64,000 bases of DNA from an uncultured Clostridia bacterium (lineage in GTDB: Bacteria; Bacillota; Clostridia; TANB77; CAG-508): NCBI GenBank assembly GCA_949443285.1, contig CASSLW010000003.1, positions 2,340-66,339 of the forward strand, read 5' to 3'. Below, piece by piece: positions 20,708 through 30,678 of the stretch; position 1 is the stretch's first letter; each line of letters starts with the position of its first letter. The notes beneath the pieces were generated by a model, which worked only from the letters and a program-made list of their open reading frames with translations, made no database searches and was not told the origin of the DNA. A program made the position numbers and the translations under genes.

Positions 20708-21005
20708 TTTTAAATTCCCCCTTAACTATTCCTAAAAGAAATTTACTTTGGTCAATTCTTCCTAAATAATATTGATTATGGTTTTTATCATATAACTTTT
20801 GGTAAAACTCAATATCTTTTGTTAAAATTGTTTCTAATACATATTTAAAATTTGCCATTTTCAAATCATCTAAATATGTACTATTTGTTCTATAAGCAAT
20901 AAATGTTGGTAATTGATTTATTTCATCGTTTTCTTTCCCAATTGCACACAATGACATGCACACAATTCCTACAATTGCACCTAGTATTAAACCTAAAATA
21001 AACAT
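20685..21005 (-). CDS. small membrane protein
   Basis: N-terminal transmembrane helix MFILGLILGAIVGIVCMSLCAIG. Confidence 0.35.
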   Translation of the reverse strand: MFILGLILGAIVGIVCMSLCAIGKENDEINQLPTFIAYRTNSTYLDDLKMANFKYVLETILTKDIEFYQKLYDKNHNQYYLGRIDQSKFLLGIVKGEFKSDEFKKL

Positions 21006-21024
21006 ATTATCACCTTACCTTTCA

Positions 21025-21390
21025 TTATATGTATTTTGCAAATGCTTTTATCATATCCCTACCATTTCGTTTTAGTTCTTCATATCTTTTTTCATGTTCA
21101 TCTACAACTTTATATAGTCTTTCATCTGCATAATGTGTTGCTTCATCAACACAATGTTTCATTTCTTCACATTCTCTTTTGTGAACTGTCATCATATAAT
21201 CAAATTTTTCTTTTAAATCCTGATTTTCTTTTTTTATTTTATCCATATCAGTATTCTTGAATGTTACTGTATCAGCTTTGAAAAATACTTTGAAAAAATC
21301 TTTCATTTTTTCTTCATTCAATTCAACTATATAATTATGGCAGTCATCATAATATCCACAATTTAATAAATTTTTAATTTCTTCTTCCAT
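21025..21390 (-). CDS. hypothetical protein
   Basis: 121-aa charged ORF. Confidence 0.35.
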   Translation of the reverse strand: MEEEIKNLLNCGYYDDCHNYIVELNEEKMKDFFKVFFKADTVTFKNTDMDKIKKENQDLKEKFDYMMTVHKRECEEMKHCVDEATHYADERLYKVVDEHEKRYEELKRNGRDMIKAFAKYI

Positions 21391-21572
21391 ACTTCAACCT
21401 TCTTTCTTTTGGGTTCAAAACAATTTATTTCATCTTTACTTTTACATGTACACCTTACACTACTTGGGCATTCATTCGCATTTTCACAATATTTATTAAA
21501 TCCATTTTCCCCACAAAGGATAATAAAAATTAAACTTAAAATTATACTAATAATTATCAATAAAATTTTCAT
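21363..21572 (-). CDS. secreted Cys-rich small protein
   Basis: Signal-peptide-like N-terminus followed by about six Cys and a basic C-terminus. Confidence 0.35.
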   Translation of the reverse strand: MKILLIIISIILSLIFIILCGENGFNKYCENANECPSSVRCTCKSKDEINCFEPKRKKVEVWKKKLKIY

Positions 21573-22166
21573 TTATACCCCTTTCACTTTACTTGTGTAC
21601 ATATCAGCAGTATGTGTAAATAGTACAGTTTCATATTTTCTTATTGCTTTATCATAATTATCCCATTGGTCTTGTCCTTCATAAGCACCCATATGAAATC
21701 TAATACACAACATTTCTTCTTCTGTTAAATTTACAAATTGGGATAATAACATAATTGATTTATCTGCATGTCCTGTTAAAATACAATCTTGATTATATTC
21801 AAAATGAATTTCTTTACCTTTAACATCACCAGTTCCCATCATTATTTCCCCTGGTTCATCAACAATAGTAATATAATTATCAATTTTGCATAAATCATGA
21901 AACATTCCTATAATATAAGGACTTTCAGGTCTTGTCCATTGTAAATTTAATCTTTGGGTCATATCCAATAATACTTGTGTTACTTCATATGAATGGTCAA
22001 ATAATCCACCTTCAAATGCACCATGATATTTTGTACTTGCAGCTTGGGTAAAGAATCCATTTTCTATTAACCAATCATAAAATTCTTTTGAAATTTTTTC
22101 TTTCATCAATCCATTAAATAGTTCAATTCTTCTATTTGTTGTCAAATTTTTTTCATATTCTAACAT
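21573..22166 (-). CDS. HD-domain phosphohydrolase (YhaM-like HD)
   Basis: KYHGAFEGGLFDHSYEV and FHDLCK motifs. Confidence 0.65.
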   Translation of the reverse strand: MLEYEKNLTTNRRIELFNGLMKEKISKEFYDWLIENGFFTQAASTKYHGAFEGGLFDHSYEVTQVLLDMTQRLNLQWTRPESPYIIGMFHDLCKIDNYITIVDEPGEIMMGTGDVKGKEIHFEYNQDCILTGHADKSIMLLSQFVNLTEEEMLCIRFHMGAYEGQDQWDNYDKAIRKYETVLFTHTADMYTSKVKGV

Positions 22167-22167
22167 T

Positions 22168-22398
22168 CTAGTAATCCCACCTTTTTTCTTTATTTTTATT
22201 ATCTATACTTGATAACATATCTGTAAATGTTATTGATATGTTATCAGTTCCATTTGCCTTTTGTTCTAATGTATAACCTACCATAATATAAAATTGATTA
22301 TTAAATTTTATTATAAATTCATTTCCATCTATCAAGCATGGTGGGCTTGTTCTAAAACCTAATAACTTATATAACAACTTAATCAATAATTTTTTCAT
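22168..22398 (-). CDS. hypothetical protein
   Basis: 76-aa ORF. Confidence 0.3.
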   Translation of the reverse strand: MKKLLIKLLYKLLGFRTSPPCLIDGNEFIIKFNNQFYIMVGYTLEQKANGTDNISITFTDMLSSIDNKNKEKRWDY

Positions 22399-22409
22399 AA
22401 CTTTCCTTT

Positions 22410-22943
22410 CTATGGTATATAAAACAATATGTAAATTGGATTCAATCTGTATTCTTTACCATCTTCAATTATTGTTAATACTTTGTTTTCTTCAATTGCT
22501 TTATCTAATTCTTCTAATGACCTTATATTTTTAACTTCCACATTTTTATATGTGCATTCATCATCCATTGTAACAATACTGGATATTTTAATTGATTTAT
22601 TTTCTTGCCATGTTTTAAATGAAATAATTGAATCCCATAAATGTTGTGTGTTTCCATCAAAACAAATTGCTCTATCATCAACATATATAAGTGCTGGTGG
22701 TTTTTCTTTATCGATTCTATCAACTTCAATATCATATTTATTTAACCATTCAGTCATTTCTGTAATTCCTTGTTCTGTTGAACATCTTGTGCTTACAATA
22801 ACAACTTCATAATTTTCTTTTCTTAATTCATCAATAATAGTTTTAATTCCTGGAACTGGTTCATCATAAATTGAACCATCTTGCCATCCTTTACTGTATT
22901 TGTGAATAACACCATCAAAATCAAATACTATTGTCTTTTTCAT
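22410..22943 (-). CDS. HAD-superfamily phosphatase / NT5C-like (deoxy)nucleotidase
   Basis: N-terminal FDFDGVIH (DxDGV) motif; IYVDDR. Confidence 0.55.
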   Translation of the reverse strand: MKKTIVFDFDGVIHKYSKGWQDGSIYDEPVPGIKTIIDELRKENYEVVIVSTRCSTEQGITEMTEWLNKYDIEVDRIDKEKPPALIYVDDRAICFDGNTQHLWDSIISFKTWQENKSIKISSIVTMDDECTYKNVEVKNIRSLEELDKAIEENKVLTIIEDGKEYRLNPIYILFYIP

Positions 22944-22957
22944 ATTTATTTTCCTTT

Positions 22958-23086
22958 CTAATCATTACTTGATAAAAATGTAATCATTGCAACAATAAAT
23001 CCCCATACATATTGCCAATCATTTGGTATGTAATTATTTATAATTGCACCAATTGTGCAGCATAATATTATTTTTAAAATAGTCAT
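22958..23086 (-). CDS. small membrane peptide
   Basis: 41-aa MTILKIILCCTIGAI...; the longer track ORF has an implausible N-terminus and overlaps its neighbour. Confidence 0.25.
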   Translation of the reverse strand: MTILKIILCCTIGAIINNYIPNDWQYVWGFIVAMITFLSSND

Positions 23087-23099
23087 ATATGATTCCTTT

Positions 23100-23519
23100 C
23101 TATGCAACTGAATCAGCAAATGCAATTGCCATTCTTTTTGCATCTTCCAATGTTTCTGCTTTGAAACCAACTGGAAGTGATAAATTTTCATCAGGGTGTT
23201 CCTGTAAGTATTCTTCTGTCCATCCGCTTGATGCACAATATGAATCTTCTTCAACCACACTACCTATACCAAAACTGCATATTCCACGATGTGACCAACC
23301 ATACCATCTTTGTTTTTCTTCATTAAAACCTATTGAACATACATTTTTATTGTTGTATGTTTGTATTTGTGATAATCCAAATTTTTCAATGTACATTTCA
23401 AAATCTTTGAGTGTTCCAATATATTTGTCATCCTTGTTATATACAAATATCATCTTGATACCTGTTGTTTCTTCAATTTTAATTTTATATTCTTCTAAAA
23501 TAGTTGATTTTATTTCCAA
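23100..23519 (-). CDS. hypothetical protein
   Basis: 139-aa ORF. Confidence 0.35.
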   Translation of the reverse strand: MEIKSTILEEYKIKIEETTGIKMIFVYNKDDKYIGTLKDFEMYIEKFGLSQIQTYNNKNVCSIGFNEEKQRWYGWSHRGICSFGIGSVVEEDSYCASSGWTEEYLQEHPDENLSLPVGFKAETLEDAKRMAIAFADSVA

Positions 23520-23836
23520 CCTAATTCACCTACTTTCAAACTAATTGCTTGTACTTCTTTTGTATTCAAAATTGGATTTCGCATTCTTTCATAATGTTTT
23601 CCATAAGGTGTTGTTCCTTTTTCATATCCACCAATTTGAATTCTTTGACAATTCATCATGAACATGATAAACATTGAATAATAAGTTCCATCAATTACTT
23701 TTTCATCTAAATATTCAATATATGGTTCATCTTGTGTAATCCATTCATTTGCTTTTGGTTTTTCACCTTCTTTGAAGATGTTATGTTCATGTTTTTTATA
23801 TCCTATTTCTTCAAATACTTTATCCGCTTCACTCAT
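23510..23836 (-). CDS. hypothetical protein
   Basis: 108-aa ORF. Confidence 0.35.
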   Translation of the reverse strand: MSEADKVFEEIGYKKHEHNIFKEGEKPKANEWITQDEPYIEYLDEKVIDGTYYSMFIMFMMNCQRIQIGGYEKGTTPYGKHYERMRNPILNTKEVQAISLKVGELGWK

Positions 23837-24209
23837 TTGATTTTCCTAAAAGTTTTTGTTTTATACTTAATAAAAAACTTCCTTTCTGAATTTCATCAGA
23901 TATAATGTCTTTCAATCCTAATTCATTTAAAATTGTTTCAAGTTGTTTTAACTCTAAACATCTATTTTTTACATCTGCTTTTAATGAATTCACAAAAACT
24001 TCTTTTGCTAAAACATGTGATTCATTGCTTAAATCAAATGTTGGATATGTATTAAAACCATAATTGCAACTTTCAAAATAAATTTCACCTTGATGAATGT
24101 ATATCTGCATTTTGGCTTCACCTTGTTCTACTTGTAAACAATATTTTAGTTTACCATTATTAGTTTTGATTGTTTCTTTTATTTTCATATCATTCATCTT
24201 CTTCACCAT
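23829..24209 (-). CDS. hypothetical protein
   Basis: 126-aa ORF. Confidence 0.35.
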   Translation of the reverse strand: MVKKMNDMKIKETIKTNNGKLKYCLQVEQGEAKMQIYIHQGEIYFESCNYGFNTYPTFDLSNESHVLAKEVFVNSLKADVKNRCLELKQLETILNELGLKDIISDEIQKGSFLLSIKQKLLGKSNE

Positions 24210-24438
24210 CTGCTAAAACACTACTTGCAGAAACTGCCATTGGTGGAAGTGTTTCGCCTTCCTGTTGAATGTATATCTTCCCTGTTTTCTTAACTTTTTC
24301 AAGTTCTTCATCTGATAATTGCCAACATGTTTCTATTGCTGGTGTTTCATCTTCATATTTATACTTTGTACCTGGTAAATCAAAACAATCAGGTCTTTTA
24401 AAAATTGTATTTGTTGTTTTTCTTTTTATAGGTTTCAT
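24190..24438 (-). CDS. hypothetical protein
   Basis: 82-aa ORF. Confidence 0.3.
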   Translation of the reverse strand: MKPIKRKTTNTIFKRPDCFDLPGTKYKYEDETPAIETCWQLSDEELEKVKKTGKIYIQQEGETLPPMAVSASSVLADGEEDE

Positions 24439-24447
24439 ATAATCACC

Positions 24448-24717
24448 TTACCTTTCACAATATTCTTTTATTTCATCAAGGTCAAAATCATTTTCATCCA
24501 TAGTTTCATTGAAATCATCTTGGGTATTTTCTAATGTTGTCAATATTATTCTTAATTCATCAATTTTACTTTTAACATCATTTGTGTTTTTGTTATGTTT
24601 TTCATTTAATTTTAATAAATCTTGTTGATATTCTATATCTTTTTTTACTTGCTCTATACTTCTTTTTAATGATTCATCATGTTCATAAATTACTTTAATT
24701 AAATCTTCTTTTTCCAC
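24448..24717 (-). CDS. hypothetical coiled-coil protein
   Basis: 89-aa ORF. Confidence 0.3.
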   Translation of the reverse strand: MEKEDLIKVIYEHDESLKRSIEQVKKDIEYQQDLLKLNEKHNKNTNDVKSKIDELRIILTTLENTQDDFNETMDENDFDLDEIKEYCER

Positions 24718-25032
24718 TGACTCTCACCTACCTTACTATTATTTCTAATGTTTGATGAAATGGATTCTTTTCAATTTCTAAATTATATTGTTTCATTCCT
24801 TCAATTTCTCTTGCATCTATTTCAATTCTTGTATTTGTATGTTCTATTCTTCCATAATATCTTTTAACAAATAATTTCAATGTATTTTCTATAAGATTTT
24901 TTCTTTCTTTTTCTGCATAACTTATTCCATAAAATTTATTTATATCTATGTCAATTTTGCTTTTATTTTCATTTCTTAATTTTCGGTTATCTTCTTTTAA
25001 TTTTCTTATTTTAGTTTTAATTTTTTATTCAT

Positions 25033-25485
25033 TTAATCACCCACTTCTAATAATAATTGATTATTTACAAATGATTCATATAAAGTGCTTCCATTTTTGT
25101 TTAGTATATATGGTAAAAATACTTCATCAATTTCTACCATTTCAGTATCTACTAATGCCATTTGTGCATCAATCCAATCTTTTATATTTCGCCATGCAGT
25201 TCTTTCAGCTTGGTCTTTTGTAGCTTTTATTTTTGTATTTTTCTTTTTCTGAATTTGTAATATTTTTAATACATTATCTTGTCTAGCTGGTAATTTAATT
25301 CCTATTTCACCATGTATAGTTTCGATTTTAAAACTTAATACTGAAACTTGTCCAAAATCATCATATTCTGTTAATATTGCTTTGGCTTTATGTGTTGATA
25401 ATATTTTTTGAATTTCATTTATTGTTTTTTCAACTGAAATAGTTGTTGTATAATTTTTCAATGCCATACATATCACCCCCAACAT
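25033..25485 (-). CDS. hypothetical protein
   Basis: 150-aa ORF. Confidence 0.35.
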   Translation of the reverse strand: MLGVICMALKNYTTTISVEKTINEIQKILSTHKAKAILTEYDDFGQVSVLSFKIETIHGEIGIKLPARQDNVLKILQIQKKKNTKIKATKDQAERTAWRNIKDWIDAQMALVDTEMVEIDEVFLPYILNKNGSTLYESFVNNQLLLEVGD

Positions 25486-25820
25486 TCTTTTAAAATTTTA
25501 TTTTCTTTTTCTTGTTCTTCTTTCCATATATTTGTTTCAAGTGCCTTTTGGGTTGTTTCCCAACCAATATTCCAAAATGCTTCTTGTTGTAATTCCATTC
25601 CTGTTTCATAATCAAATTGGGCTGGTACATATTCTTTTTTATATTTAATCATTCCTTCTAATTCTAATTGTTTACAAAATTTTTTAGCAAAATAATAACT
25701 TATATTTAATATTCGTGATATTGCTTTTGTACTTAAAACATATCCTGGATTCATTATACAAACATCATTATTACATAATAATCTAAACACATTGGATTTC
25801 ATTTCTTCTTGGTTTTTCAT
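25473..25820 (-). CDS. hypothetical protein
   Basis: 115-aa ORF. Confidence 0.35.
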   Translation of the reverse strand: MKNQEEMKSNVFRLLCNNDVCIMNPGYVLSTKAISRILNISYYFAKKFCKQLELEGMIKYKKEYVPAQFDYETGMELQQEAFWNIGWETTQKALETNIWKEEQEKENKILKECWG

Positions 25821-26013
25821 TTTCTTTCACCTTTTCCCATTCAAATTTTGAATATTTACATTTTGCTTGATGCTCTTTTCCAATTAGTCTTCCGCTTCTA
25901 GTACAAATCTGATACCACCATAAAATATCAGTTCTATATCTTACACACATTATCCAATTTTTAATAAATGGGTTATATGTTATTTTATTTACATGAAATT
26001 CTGTTTTTGGCAT
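25783..26013 (-). CDS. hypothetical protein
   Basis: 76-aa ORF. Confidence 0.3.
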   Translation of the reverse strand: MPKTEFHVNKITYNPFIKNWIMCVRYRTDILWWYQICTRSGRLIGKEHQAKCKYSKFEWEKVKENEKPRRNEIQCV

Positions 26014-26040
26014 ATCAATTCCCCCCTTATCTTTTGTATT

Positions 26041-27939
26041 TTATTGACCTTCTGCTTTTACAAATATTCTGCATTTTTTGCCTTGTATTTTTTTATCAAT
26101 AATTACAAAATTAAAATATTTTTTTACTTGTTTTGAAAATTCACCACTTGATAATTCTTGAAGACTATTTCTGATACAAAATTCTTTATATTTTTTATAA
26201 ACTTCATTTGTTGGTTCATTTTCAATGTTGATTTGTTCCGCTTCACATTCCTTAAAGAAACCTATAATTGGATTATTTGTTTCTTCGTATTCAGTCAATT
26301 CATTTTCAATTTTTACTGATGTTGTGAATTGTCTATTCAATAGTACCCTTTTCAATCCTGCTATTCCAAGATTTATTAAATATTCAATTGATTCTTGACT
26401 TTGAAGTGAATCACCTATGAATGGTTTAAAGTTTGGATTATCAGATGTGAATTTTGCATTAAATGGTACGATTACCAATCTTCTTAAAATTGCACTTGAA
26501 TCCCTTCCTTTTCCAATTCTAGGAATAGCATTTGCACTAAATACTAATTTCACATATGGTTCAAAATCAAATTTTGGTTGACCTTTTTGTTCCGCATCTA
26601 TTGTTTCACCTGTTACTATCTTCTTAAATTCCGCAGCATCTGTAATGAATTCATCTGATATATCATCACCAATATTTGCTAGTTTTCCAAACAACATGAC
26701 TGTTGAAAATCTATCATTTAACTTTTTCAAATCAAGAACAGAAATATTCTTTTTTCCTAACATTGTTTTTATTAAGTTTAAATATGTACTTTTACCATTT
26801 GAACCTGAACCAGTTAAAATAAATGCTTTCCCAAGTTCATTTCTTCTGTACATGCAATAACCAACTAATTCTTCAAGCAATGCCCTTATTTCTTTATCAT
26901 CACATGCTATATTATTTAAAACTTCATCTGTTAATTTGTTATAAGCATGTGGGTTATAATCCCAATCAATTTTATTTGTAATCACATGTTCAGGTGAGAA
27001 TTGGAAAAATTTATCTTCTGATATGTCATATATTCCATTTCTAAATGCAATTAAATTTGCTGATGCTGGTTTTGTACTTTCTCTTATCATAATATCCAAA
27101 TATGACATTACTTCTGTTCTTTTTGCTCTATTTAATTGTGGTATATGTTTTATCATTGCTGATTCAATTTCAGCTTGTCCAGCAATATATATTCCATCTT
27201 TATATAAATGCAATTGATTGTTTATTCTTGTGATATGATGGTTATTTTTTAAGAATATTGCGAATTTATCAAATAAGAATGTTGCACCTTTGAAAAATAC
27301 TGGTTTTGCAAATGCTTCATCACGAATTATGACATCAACTTCATCATCTGTTAATGGTTCTTTCAAAACATATTTATTTATAAGTTTTATTGTTTCCCTT
27401 GCTTCTTCTTTTGAAAAATCATTGCTTTGTAAAGTTAATATATAATTGAACAATGCTTGATTTCTTCCATCACCTGCTGTCATATTTAAGAAATCCATTG
27501 TTGTTTTTATTGGTAATAACCATTTTGGAAGTTCCATTGCTTCTTCATTTTCTGCTTCATCATATAAAATTGGTCTTTCTTTATTTTTGAATTTCAAAAT
27601 TGAATATGCATTTCTTTTTCCAATTTTTATATCGGCTGTGATTCCCAAAGCAAGGGTCGCATGTGTTCGATTACTTTCAACTAAAACATTTTTAAATAAA
27701 AAGTGCTTTCCCCTAGTTGTTTTATATACTCTACATTTAAGTTTTAGGTCTTGAACAATTTTAAATAATATTTCACTTTCATCAAAATCATCAATATCTA
27801 TCAGTATTGTGTCTGTTGCAAGAATACCTGCAAATTCAGGTAATGATTGAACCTGTTCATAATTTTTGAAATCAGTTCTTCCTTTGAACTTTTCAATGCA
27901 TTTCTTGTCTTTGGTTTCAACATAACCTTTAAAGAACAT
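26041..27939 (-). CDS. primase-helicase (D5 N-terminal-like domain plus P4-type SF3 helicase)
   Basis: Walker A GSGSNGKST; overall length 632 aa. Confidence 0.75.
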   Translation of the reverse strand: MFFKGYVETKDKKCIEKFKGRTDFKNYEQVQSLPEFAGILATDTILIDIDDFDESEILFKIVQDLKLKCRVYKTTRGKHFLFKNVLVESNRTHATLALGITADIKIGKRNAYSILKFKNKERPILYDEAENEEAMELPKWLLPIKTTMDFLNMTAGDGRNQALFNYILTLQSNDFSKEEARETIKLINKYVLKEPLTDDEVDVIIRDEAFAKPVFFKGATFLFDKFAIFLKNNHHITRINNQLHLYKDGIYIAGQAEIESAMIKHIPQLNRAKRTEVMSYLDIMIRESTKPASANLIAFRNGIYDISEDKFFQFSPEHVITNKIDWDYNPHAYNKLTDEVLNNIACDDKEIRALLEELVGYCMYRRNELGKAFILTGSGSNGKSTYLNLIKTMLGKKNISVLDLKKLNDRFSTVMLFGKLANIGDDISDEFITDAAEFKKIVTGETIDAEQKGQPKFDFEPYVKLVFSANAIPRIGKGRDSSAILRRLVIVPFNAKFTSDNPNFKPFIGDSLQSQESIEYLINLGIAGLKRVLLNRQFTTSVKIENELTEYEETNNPIIGFFKECEAEQINIENEPTNEVYKKYKEFCIRNSLQELSSGEFSKQVKKYFNFVIIDKKIQGKKCRIFVKAEGQ

Positions 27940-27960
27940 TTTTCAATCACCCCTTCCTTT

Positions 27961-28155
27961 TTATTTTTTAATCATTTTATTTACACATCTTGCATGTGCA
28001 TAATTTTCATTTGTTGCTGTTTGACAATATTCAAAATCTAAATTTTCAATATCGTATCTTGTTATTGTTTCACCACATATTGAACAACTTATTCTTTCAT
28101 CATCTTCAAACATTTTTAATAATTTATTTTTTATTTCTTTTTTATCTATTATCAT
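27961..28155 (-). CDS. small zinc-ribbon protein
   Basis: CSICGE...HARC. Confidence 0.4.
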   Translation of the reverse strand: MIIDKKEIKNKLLKMFEDDERISCSICGETITRYDIENLDFEYCQTATNENYAHARCVNKMIKK

Positions 28156-28157
28156 GT

Positions 28158-29873
28158 TTACATCACCCCAAAATCTTTCAATCTTTTTGCTGCAAGGTCA
28201 ACATACCATGCTTTATCTAATTTTTTTGGAACTTTTACATCATTTACTTCATCATTATAAATAAAACAATGTTCAGGTGAATTTGATATTTTTGCTGGTC
28301 TTCCTGTTGTTGCATGTATTTTGGTAACACCTTTATCATTTTCATCAATTGATGCAAATATCCTAATACATTTTTCTTTGATATACTCATCACCATGTAA
28401 TATATGTGTGTATTTACTTGATATTTTTGTAACCAATTGAAATTCTTTTAAATCATTACAATCATTGATTGTTTTTTCTATTGGTACATTATGAACCATG
28501 TATTCAACTAATGCTTTATTGATGATTGGCAAATCATAATCAAGATTATTTAATTTCTTAACATATGCACCTTTGGATTTGTATTTTCCATTAACATCAA
28601 CAATTATGTAATTATTAACATCTTTCTGAAAAACTTTTCTGTATTCATCAAATTCTAATGTTAAATGTGTTCTTTGTTCCCATTCATAAGCAATATCATC
28701 AATTAAATCAAAATCTTCATAATTATTCATTTTTATAAGAATACCATCAGTATTTGATTGAATTATTTGACAATGTGGTTCTAATTTTTCAATCAAATCT
28801 AATAACAGTAATTGACCATATACACAAACTCTATTTGCTTGAAGTGGGTCATATAATCCATTATTTTTATCTTTCATTACACCATATGTTGAATTTAATA
28901 CTAATTTTAATGGTGCTTGTAATGGGTTCTTTTCCTTTTTATATTTAAGTCTTGTGTGGTATATATCTTCATATTTTTTAGGGTCTTTCATATTTCTACT
29001 ATGTAAGTTGTATTGAATCATTAGTGATGGATATAGTGATGCAACATCCATATTTAAAAAGTAACCTTCACCACTATATTGTGGAATAGCACCATGAACA
29101 CCACCCCAACCAAATTGATGTGGAACACCTGCAATCATGATGTCTAACTGATTCTTTTTTCCATCTTTTTCATAACAACGATTATCTAAATTTTTATACC
29201 AATCAACAACTTCTTTATATTTTTCAATTTTTAATGTTGAAGGAAAATCAATGTCAAATTCATCATCATGTTCTTTTTGGGTAGCTTCCAATATTATTGC
29301 AGCCAATTGTGATTTTGTTTTTGAAATCAATGAAAGATTCAATGGTTTTCCTTGACATGCTAATTTTACAAGACCCATACAGGCTTCAAAGTCTTCCTTT
29401 CGTTGTAAAAATACTTCAATTGTTTGTTCAACATCATGTCTACAATATTTTACAGTTTCTTGAATTTCTTCATCTGTAAGTTTTCTATCTATATCAAAAG
29501 GAACTGATGATTCTTTGATGTTGTTTCCCATAAATCCTTCAAACGATTTTAATCCCCTATCAATATTTGACATTACATCGTAGTTATTAAGTGGTATTCT
29601 TCTAAATAATGAAGAAAATTTCCATCCTGGATTACCTTTTAAAATTATATAATCATTTATTCTTTTAGGGTCAAAACCACAAAGGATGCCTTTTAGAATG
29701 TATTGGTCATAATGTCTTGAATTGAAACCAACCCAAATATTATTGATATTTTTATCATAAATTTTTTCTAATTTATCAGAATCGTTAATAATAACATGTT
29801 CTTTCTTTTTATCCATATCAATAATGACTACCAACCAATCTTCTTTGAAAACTTCAAAGTCATAAAATAACAT
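28158..29873 (-). CDS. family-B DNA polymerase, short phi29-like type (571 aa) with 3'-5' exonuclease
   Basis: Exo I FYDFEVF; Exo II NSRHYDQYIL; Exo III YCRHD; polymerase motif A DVASLYPSLM; motif B KLVLNSTYG; motif C region reads QSNTDGI. Confidence 0.75.
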   Translation of the reverse strand: MLFYDFEVFKEDWLVVIIDMDKKKEHVIINDSDKLEKIYDKNINNIWVGFNSRHYDQYILKGILCGFDPKRINDYIILKGNPGWKFSSLFRRIPLNNYDVMSNIDRGLKSFEGFMGNNIKESSVPFDIDRKLTDEEIQETVKYCRHDVEQTIEVFLQRKEDFEACMGLVKLACQGKPLNLSLISKTKSQLAAIILEATQKEHDDEFDIDFPSTLKIEKYKEVVDWYKNLDNRCYEKDGKKNQLDIMIAGVPHQFGWGGVHGAIPQYSGEGYFLNMDVASLYPSLMIQYNLHSRNMKDPKKYEDIYHTRLKYKKEKNPLQAPLKLVLNSTYGVMKDKNNGLYDPLQANRVCVYGQLLLLDLIEKLEPHCQIIQSNTDGILIKMNNYEDFDLIDDIAYEWEQRTHLTLEFDEYRKVFQKDVNNYIIVDVNGKYKSKGAYVKKLNNLDYDLPIINKALVEYMVHNVPIEKTINDCNDLKEFQLVTKISSKYTHILHGDEYIKEKCIRIFASIDENDKGVTKIHATTGRPAKISNSPEHCFIYNDEVNDVKVPKKLDKAWYVDLAAKRLKDFGVM

Positions 29874-29934
29874 TCCTAGTCACATCCTTTCTTTATTTCT
29901 TGGGGTGATATTTCACACCCCATCATATATTCAA

Positions 29935-30420
29935 TTAGTCTTCTAGTGTGAAAACTTCTGTAATTTCATATTTACTGAAATCACCTTTTCCTTTTTTATA
30001 ATCAAGTGCAAATTCAAAGTTATTATCAATTGCTTCAAATACATCCATGATTAGATTTCCATATTGTTTGAATGTTTTAAATTCAATTACTGGGGCATCT
30101 GCACCCATTTCTGAAACCATCATTCTTAATAATTCATTTACAATATGAATTTGGAATCCTTGTGTAATAACTTGGTTCATGAATATTATTGAATTTTTGT
30201 ATTCACCATCTGATACTATCTTGAACCAAATTGAAACCATTGGGTCACCTTTTGAACTTGCTTTTAATTCCATTTGTTGAACTGAAACTTCATATTCACC
30301 ATGTGGTACTTCTTTAAAACTTGCTTGTCCACCATTTTCTGCTGCTTCCGCAACATCTTTTGCTAATCCTTCTGTATCAACTTCTTTATCCCATTTATCA
30401 AATATATTTTTTTCTGACAT
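29935..30420 (-). CDS. DUF669-family phage protein (Sak4-associated)
   Basis: 161 aa, acidic; adjacent to the AAA_24 gene. Confidence 0.5.
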   Translation of the reverse strand: MSEKNIFDKWDKEVDTEGLAKDVAEAAENGGQASFKEVPHGEYEVSVQQMELKASSKGDPMVSIWFKIVSDGEYKNSIIFMNQVITQGFQIHIVNELLRMMVSEMGADAPVIEFKTFKQYGNLIMDVFEAIDNNFEFALDYKKGKGDFSKYEITEVFTLED

Positions 30421-30447
30421 AATTTTTCACCTATTTTTAACCTTTCT

Positions 30448-30675
30448 TTATTTACTCATTTTTCCTGACATTGCACATACTAATTGCAATGCTTCTTCTT
30501 TTGAAAATCCAACTTTTATATGTGCATCATACATTTTCTTATTTATTTCTGCGATATTTTCTGCACCTTTGAATGCCATTTTCTTTTGAATTTCTTCAAA
30601 TTTTGCTTGATTCACATTTGAATTCATTTCTTCATTAACCATTTTCATTATTATTTTCATTAACTCATCAGGCAT
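30448..30675 (-). CDS. hypothetical protein
   Basis: 75-aa ORF. Confidence 0.3.
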   Translation of the reverse strand: MPDELMKIIMKMVNEEMNSNVNQAKFEEIQKKMAFKGAENIAEINKKMYDAHIKVGFSKEEALQLVCAMSGKMSK

Positions 30676-30678
30676 AAT

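Noticed and set aside
24730-25030. About 100-codon open frame on the minus strand between 24717 and 25033 (IKTKIRKLKEDNRKL...)
   Set aside because: No ATG, GTG or TTG start gives more than 46 aa. It could be a degraded gene or chance openness in Lys/Asn-rich sequence, so it is not called.
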